DNA from: Ignavibacteriota bacterium
Lineage (GTDB): Bacteria > Bacteroidota > Ignavibacteria > UBA10030 > CAVZMI01
Direction of reading: 5' to 3'
NCBI GenBank assembly: GCA_963776275.1
Contig: CAVZMI010000021.1
Location: 267,183-331,182 of the forward strand
Length of the DNA stretch: 64,000 nt
Of the stretch, positions 58,632-64,000 are shown piece after piece (positions within the stretch are counted from its first letter, which is position 1; each line of letters opens with the position of its first letter). The notes below the pieces were generated by a model that was not told the origin of the DNA, ran no database searches, and saw only the letters and a list, made by a program, of their open reading frames with translations. The translations under genes were made by a program, and so were the position numbers.

Positions 58632-59705
58632 GTGGAACAGATTTCGGATGATACGGTGAAACGGGGTGAAAACCCGCCCTCCGGTGGGGGAAGTCAACCA
58701 GGTCAGAACGATATTGACCTCATGCCGGTCGGTGGGCAGGCCCGCCTAAGTTCGGAGAACGTCGGCGGGCAGGCCGTCATTGAAGGTGTGATGATGCGTG
58801 CGAAGGGGACCATCGCTACAGCAATCCGCAGACGCAACGGCGAAATCTACGTAAAAAAAGAGCCGTTCCACTCTATTACTCAACGCTATCCCTTTCTTAA
58901 ATTACCGGTTTTACGTGGTGGGATCGGTTTAATCGAAATGCTCATTATCGGCATAAGGACTCTAAACCTTTCAGCCGAGATCATGATACAAGACCTTGAG
59001 ATGGGGGAGAATGGGCATAGCGAGAAAAAAAAATCTTCGTTCTCTCTGGTTATCACTATGATTTTGGCATTAGCTCTTGGAATTGCTGTTTTTTTTGTCG
59101 GTCCTTTATATATAACAACACATTTCTTCGATATCGAATCACATGTGGTCGCTTTCAACCTTGTGACAGGTGCAATACGCATCGCATTTCTCATCGGTTA
59201 TATGGCACTAATCGGAACGTCAAAAGAGCTGCAACGTGTTTTCCAGTACCATGGCGCAGAACATAAATCGGTTTTTACATATGAGGCAAAGGCAGCTCTC
59301 ACGCCCCCCATGGCGATGGGATACACGCGGTTTCATCCACGATGCGGGACGAGTTTTCTTCTTATCGTAATGGTTACGGCGATCGCTTTTTTCAGCATTC
59401 TGGATGGATTTTTAGTCATAATGTTTGGCTTTATCTCTCTTCCGGTACGATTGCTGACGCATCTTCCTTTAATTCCAATTCTGGCAGGAGTGTCATACGA
59501 ACTAATTAGGTTTTCAGCAAAACATAGTAAAACAACCATCGGCCGGATTGTCATCGCCCCGGGGCTGTGGCTCCAGAGAATCACAACGCGCGAACCCGAT
59601 GAAATGCAGGTTGAGGTTGCACTTGTAGCTTTGAAGGCTGCAATAGGAATCGAAGAGATGGAGCAAAAGGTAGATGAAGTGGCACAGATAGAAACCGAAG
59701 TTTAA
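58632..59705 (+). CDS. DUF1385 (YqhQ-like) membrane protein
   Basis: GGQAVIEGVMMR, RVFQYHGAEHK, RFHPRCGTSF, PGLWLQRITTREPD; usual neighbour of prfA. Confidence 0.9.
   Translation: MEQISDDTVKRGENPPSGGGSQPGQNDIDLMPVGGQARLSSENVGGQAVIEGVMMRAKGTIATAIRRRNGEIYVKKEPFHSITQRYPFLKLPVLRGGIGLIEMLIIGIRTLNLSAEIMIQDLEMGENGHSEKKKSSFSLVITMILALALGIAVFFVGPLYITTHFFDIESHVVAFNLVTGAIRIAFLIGYMALIGTSKELQRVFQYHGAEHKSVFTYEAKAALTPPMAMGYTRFHPRCGTSFLLIVMVTAIAFFSILDGFLVIMFGFISLPVRLLTHLPLIPILAGVSYELIRFSAKHSKTTIGRIVIAPGLWLQRITTREPDEMQVEVALVALKAAIGIEEMEQKVDEVAQIETEV
58741..58773 (+). repeat. 33-bp palindromic repeat inserted in frame in the DUF1385 gene
   Basis: CCCGCCTAAGTTCGGAGAACGTCGGCGGGCAGG resembles CCGCCAAAGTTC...GAACGCAGGCGG at ~43959; duplicates VGGQA in the protein. 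Confidence 0.65.
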
Positions 59706-59857
59706 AAGGCTAAGAGATTTCTGATTTTTGATTTATGATTTCCGAGTTTATTGTATAATTATGGAGTGTTATTTTTCCACTCTTCCTCCTAACCGCTTAG
59801 AATTTGATCTGTATTAGAACCTGAAACCCGAGATTCAGAACTAAAGACTATTTCTTT

Positions 59858-60925
59858 ATGATTGAAAAATTAGAACAAATACAGCAACGTTACGACGAAG
59901 TAACCCGTTTACTTTCCGATCCGGCCATCGTCGGCGACCAGAAGATGTTCCGCGAACTAGGGAAAGAACATACCGAACTTACACCGATAGTTAAAGCTCT
60001 CGAGCGGTACCGGCGAATACTGAACGATATCAAGGGAAACAAAGAAATTCTGGAAACACCCGGCGATCCAGAGCTCACCGATCTGGCCCAAACCGAACTC
60101 AGAGAACTTAAAGTCCGGCAAGAAGCCATTGAAGAAGAACTGAAAGTACTTCTTATTCCTAAGGATCCGAATGACAGCAAGAATACCATCGTTGAAATCC
60201 GTGCCGGGACGGGAGGCGATGAAGCGGGCCTTTTCGCCGCAGATCTCTTTCGAATGTACACACGTTTTGCCGAGCGAAAAGGATGGAAGGTTGAATTGAT
60301 CGATGCAAACGATACCGGACAGGGGGGATTCAAAGAAGTGGTGTTCGGCGTTACGGGCGAAAATGTTTACGGGATGATGAAATTCGAAAGCGGCGTCCAT
60401 CGTGTCCAACGCGTTCCAGCGACCGAGGCACAGGGACGTGTACACACATCGGCTGCCACCGTAGCGGTGCTACCTGAAATCGAAGATGTAGAAATCGATA
60501 TTAATCCTGCCGATCTGGAATTCGATACATATCGCTCCGGCGGTAAGGGGGGACAGAATGTGAACAAAGTAGAAACCGCCGTTCGCATTACTCATAGGCC
60601 CTCGGGTATTATTGTCGCATGTCAGCAGGAACGCTCACAGCTGAAGAACCGCGAGAAAGCGATGAAGATGCTCCGTGCAAAACTGTACGAGATAAAAATC
60701 CGGGAACAGGAATCCGCCGTCTCGGAACAGCGACGCCTCATGGTAAAGAGCGGTGACCGGAGCGATAAGATCCGTACGTATAATTTCCCTCAAAACCGAC
60801 TCACCGATCACCGCATCGGTCTGACTCTTTATAACCTTGCAGAATTCATGGAAGGGAAAATCGAAGAAATTATTGAGCAGCTTCAGATGGCCGATCGTGC
60901 AGAAAAATTAAAAGCAGATAAGTAA
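59858..60925 (+). CDS. prfA: Peptide chain release factor 1
   Basis: [21 protein letters not shown] (PxT motif), [20 protein letters not shown]. Confidence 0.97.
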   Translation: MIEKLEQIQQRYDEVTRLLSDPAIVGDQKMFRELGKEHTELTPIVKALERYRRILNDIKGNKEILETPGDPELTDLAQTELRELKVRQEAIEEELKVLLIPKDPNDSKNTIVEIRAGTGGDEAGLFAADLFRMYTRFAERKGWKVELIDANDTGQGGFKEVVFGVTGENVYGMMKFESGVHRVQRVPATEAQGRVHTSAATVAVLPEIEDVEIDINPADLEFDTYRSGGKGGQNVNKVETAVRITHRPSGIIVACQQERSQLKNREKAMKMLRAKLYEIKIREQESAVSEQRRLMVKSGDRSDKIRTYNFPQNRLTDHRIGLTLYNLAEFMEGKIEEIIEQLQMADRAEKLKADK

Positions 60926-60937
60926 CATCTCTACTTT

Positions 60938-61402
60938 CTATTCTTTCCCTGCATTCCTGCGTGAAGCAAAAAACTCTTTCAAGATGGCATTACATCGATC
61001 GTCGAGCACTCCGCCAATGAGATGGATACGATGGTTTAACCGCTGATCCTGGGCGATATTATATAGCGTACCGCATGCACCTGCTTTCGGATCATAAGCA
61101 CCGAAGACGACGGTCGGGATCCGCGCCAGCACCAGAGCTCCGGTACACATTATACACGGTTCGAGAGTGACATATAGCGTACATTGCTCGAGCCACTTCG
61201 AGCTAAGATAGCCGGAGGCAGCCGTTACGGCGATCATCTCGGCATGAGCCGTCGAATCATGAAGCGATTCAATCTGGTTATACCCTTTCCCGATAATTGT
61301 CCCCTGATATACAACTACAGCTCCGACAGGCACTTCATTGGAGTTAAGTGCTTTATGTGCCTCACGCAAGGCAGCTTCCATCCATCGTTCATGCTCAGTC
61401 AT
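60938..61402 (-). CDS. tadA: tRNA adenosine(34) deaminase
   Basis: EVPVGAVVV, TAHAEM, LYVTLEPCIMC, YDPKAGACG, LNH; likely start MTEHE. Confidence 0.92.
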   Translation of the reverse strand: MTEHERWMEAALREAHKALNSNEVPVGAVVVYQGTIIGKGYNQIESLHDSTAHAEMIAVTAASGYLSSKWLEQCTLYVTLEPCIMCTGALVLARIPTVVFGAYDPKAGACGTLYNIAQDQRLNHRIHLIGGVLDDRCNAILKEFFASRRNAGKE

Positions 61403-61648
61403 AATATCACTTGTAGGATTAATCGATTTGATGCCTTTATGCATCTAATATGCAGAAAAAAAATATATCCTGTCTACGGAATGACACAGATAGTGTCTAC
61501 TTCGATAGACAGGAAAAAACTATAAAGTGATTTCAGGATAAAAAACAAATAAAAACAGGGTTTTTTTGACAATCAATAAGTCTTGTACATCTGGCACGAC
61601 TCATGTATAAATAATCCGGGGAACGCAGAAGAGGGGATATGTTACTTG

Positions 61649-61722
61649 TACGCCCGGAGGGACTTGAACCCCCAACCCTTGGTTCCGAAGACCAATGCTC
61701 TATCCAATTGAGCTACGGGCGC
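61649..61722 (-). tRNA. tRNA-Arg (anticodon TCG), CCA not encoded
   Basis: GCGCCCGTAGCTCAATTGGATAGAGCATTGGTCTTCGGAACCAAGGGTTGGGGGTTCAAGTCCCTCCGGGCGTA; anticodon arm TTGGT-CTTCGGA-ACCAA. Confidence 0.93.
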
Positions 61723-61808
61723 ATACGATGAGAGAAATATCCTTAGAAATACTACGAAAATCAAGTTTACTTAATTCTTTCATTGGTAATATTAAAAAGG
61801 GGGACAAA

Positions 61809-62318
61809 ATGAAAAACATAGCAGTAACGGTGGTTATGGCTTTCGGAGTCCTCTTATTCAGCGGATGTATGGCTGGATACGAGAGCACCTCCGATCATAA
61901 CCAACGTCAGATGACGACGCAGGATATTGTGACGATGACAAAAGAGGGTGTCAGCGACAGTCTGATCATTACACAGATTCGGGCGACACACTCCAGGTTT
62001 AAATTGTCTACTCAGGATATTCTGAACCTTAAGAAGGATAGCGTGGCCGACGGTGTCATCGGGGAAATGATTTCTACATCCGATCATTCAGTGTCCGGCG
62101 AATATTATCCGCGGGATTATTATTACTTAAACCTCGGATATTTATATGGGGACTGGTGGTGGGATTCGTGGGGAATGCCGTTCTATTATCCGATGTACCA
62201 TTTCCCTGTTCTGTACCGATCATATTATTACGACCAGCCATATATCCATTACGGACATTTTTATCAACCACACAATGTCGGAGGAAGAATGCCCCGACAT
62301 GGTGGTCACCGTAGATAA
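61809..62318 (+). CDS. Hypothetical lipoprotein with Tyr/His-rich C-terminus
   Basis: AAGGGG RBS; MKNIAV...LFSGC lipobox; MTTQDIVTMTKEGVSDSLIITQI...LSTQDILNLKKDSVADGVI internal repeat. Confidence 0.7.
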   Translation: MKNIAVTVVMAFGVLLFSGCMAGYESTSDHNQRQMTTQDIVTMTKEGVSDSLIITQIRATHSRFKLSTQDILNLKKDSVADGVIGEMISTSDHSVSGEYYPRDYYYLNLGYLYGDWWWDSWGMPFYYPMYHFPVLYRSYYYDQPYIHYGHFYQPHNVGGRMPRHGGHRR

Positions 62319-62419
62319 AGACCTCTCTGACATAAACGGACTGGCGCCTCATGCCTGAGTATTAGGAGTACGGGGCACTCCTCCATAGAGTCTCAACGCA
62401 TGGGGTGCAGTCCGATTTA

Positions 62420-62448
62420 TTGACATTCATACAACCCTGACGTACATT
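62420..62448 (+). promoter_or_regulatory. sigma70-type promoter for the PAS kinase
   Basis: TTGACA-17 bp-TACATT. Confidence 0.55.
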
Positions 62449-62531
62449 TATAGTATTATATCTTTGAAAAGCTACGTCGTCGGCACGACAAATTCATTTT
62501 CGTCCGAATCTCATCATAAGTTACTATAAGC

Positions 62532-64000
62532 ATGCAAAATTCTCTCCTTGCCAGGTCTCAATCTATTATTGTAAGACTTGCACTTCCTGCAGGTATTATA
62601 CTTGCAGTTATGGGATTTTTATTCCACTTCCTTTTTGGCCCCTTTTTAGTTCTCTCGGGAGTTTTTTCTATTTTTGATCTTCTCTTTATCATTGGCTGCG
62701 GATTTATTTTTTATGGAATGCATACAATATGGTTTAATAGTCAGTTTACAAAATCGGAAGAAAATTATAAAGTATTTCTCGATCAGTCTCTGGACGCGAT
62801 ATTTCTTGTACAAAAAGGAACTTTAACATTCGTCAACAACGCCTTTTTGCAGCTTTTCGGTTATAAGACATACGATGAGGCCATCAATCGGGAGTTCGAC
62901 GAATATATTACTACTGAAGATCGTGAAATCGTAAAAGAGAACCTTAGAAAGCAATTTGCCGGTGAAGTCGATATACTTCAATATACCTGTACCGCCATTC
63001 ATAAAAACGGATCCACATTTATTGTTGAATTACGCGGCCATCGGATCTTATATCGCGGACAACACGCTGTACTTTATGTGGCACGTGATGTGACTACAAC
63101 AACGCGGCTCCTTGAACAATCACAGGAATCCGAAGAATGGTACCGCACTCTTTTTATGGAGTCCAAGGATGCATTATTTATTTCGACTGTCGATGGTCAT
63201 TTTCTGGAAATCAATCCTGCAGGTTTGAAACTTTTCGGATATACATCGGAAGAAGAAATTCGAAACACTTCGATTCCGGAAAATATTTATTGGGATCCGA
63301 AAGACCGCATTCAATTTCAAGAACTTATCGAGCAGCAGGGTTTTGTCAAAGATTACGAAATCACTCTTCGTCGGAAGGATGGTTCAAAGGTAATTGTTCT
63401 GGAAACGAGCATGCCAATCCGCGACAGCAAAGGAACTATTACCGGCTACCGGGGATTTGCCCGTGATATCACCGAGCAGAAACAACTTCTCGAACAGCTC
63501 CGCAAAACAAATATACGCTATGATAATTTTATCCGGAACAGTCAGGAAGGTATCTGGCGATTGGAGCTTTCCGAACCGGCCGACATTACACTCCCTGCCT
63601 GGCAGCTCGCGGAATGGATTCTAGAAAAAGGAAAATTTGTCGAAGCAAACACCGTACTCGCCCGCATGTATGGATTCGACACTCCGGTAGAATTTATGAA
63701 TCAGAAAGTCTCCGATGTTGTTGCCGACCGCGAAGCGCACATCCGCCGGACACAGACATTAATTGAAAACGGATTTGTTGTCAGCAACATCCCTACAATT
63801 GAGAAAGACCGATTTGGTGTCGTCCACCATTTTGAGAACTCTTATACCACCGAAATCGTCGGCGGCAAACTCTTTAGCATATGGGGTGTCCAGCGCGACG
63901 TCACACATCAGGAACAGCTCATGAACCGGCTGATCGAGAGTCAGAAAATGGAAAGCATCGGGAATCTGGCCGGTGGAATTGCCCATGATTTCAACAATAT
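62532..64000 (+). CDS. Membrane-anchored multi-PAS sensor histidine kinase (partial; runs off window)
   Basis: Manual translation from ATG 62532: two TM segments, SEENYKVFLDQSLDAIF..., SEEWYRTLFMESKDALF..., ending in frame at SQKMESIGNLAGGIAHDFNN (H-box). Confidence 0.88.
   Translation, partial: MQNSLLARSQSIIVRLALPAGIILAVMGFLFHFLFGPFLVLSGVFSIFDLLFIIGCGFIFYGMHTIWFNSQFTKSEENYKVFLDQSLDAIFLVQKGTLTFVNNAFLQLFGYKTYDEAINREFDEYITTEDREIVKENLRKQFAGEVDILQYTCTAIHKNGSTFIVELRGHRILYRGQHAVLYVARDVTTTTRLLEQSQESEEWYRTLFMESKDALFISTVDGHFLEINPAGLKLFGYTSEEEIRNTSIPENIYWDPKDRIQFQELIEQQGFVKDYEITLRRKDGSKVIVLETSMPIRDSKGTITGYRGFARDITEQKQLLEQLRKTNIRYDNFIRNSQEGIWRLELSEPADITLPAWQLAEWILEKGKFVEANTVLARMYGFDTPVEFMNQKVSDVVADREAHIRRTQTLIENGFVVSNIPTIEKDRFGVVHHFENSYTTEIVGGKLFSIWGVQRDVTHQEQLMNRLIESQKMESIGNLAGGIAHDFNN

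Noticed and set aside
59858-60925. prfB with programmed frameshift
   Set aside because: Continuous ORF with the PAT (PxT) motif identifies RF1
61592-61607. Fourth sigma54 promoter (TGGCACGACTCATGTA)
   Set aside because: Poor -12 box, and it points antisense into the tRNA, over 200 bp from the next + strand gene
61649-61722. tRNA as an integration site of a prophage or island
   Set aside because: No integrase and no duplicated tRNA 3' end seen in the window
61695-61808. N-terminal extension of the 61695-62318 ORF
   Set aside because: Overlaps the tRNA; RBS and lipoprotein signal indicate a start at 61809

Overview
Genomic fragment from an Ignavibacteria/Bacteroidota-Chlorobi-group bacterium, judged from the many proteins ending in an 'L.QNYPNPFNP' T9SS sorting domain and Gln-starting mature proteins. 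From left to right: a hexuronate/pectin catabolism cluster (kdgK, uxuB-like SDR, two ExuT-like MFS, uxaC, DUF4861, kduI, eda, kduD) with a TonB receptor, a T9SS cargo protein and a FadR regulator; a galactomannan locus (GH2, GH27, two GH5, AGE epimerase); an L-arabinose locus (GH51, galM, SSS, araB, araD, FucI-like isomerase); a polyamine operon (DHS-like + ornithine decarboxylase) interrupted by hicBA; an uncharacterised lipoprotein/TPR pair; and a secreted GH3. The most notable region is 47.6-57.5 kb. It holds six paralogous secreted pilin-like proteins, a PapD-like chaperone and a 1012-aa usher-like protein with a C-terminal SPOR domain. It also has three sigma54-type promoters that all carry the variant TTGA at -12, plus a divergent sensorless histidine kinase and an NtrC-family activator. 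I read this as a candidate uncharacterised chaperone-usher-like pilus system. The window ends with DUF1385, prfA, tadA, tRNA-Arg(TCG) and a partial PAS histidine kinase. About 13 single-base frameshifts in unrelated genes suggest long-read assembly errors. All assignments come from motif recognition; no database searches were run.
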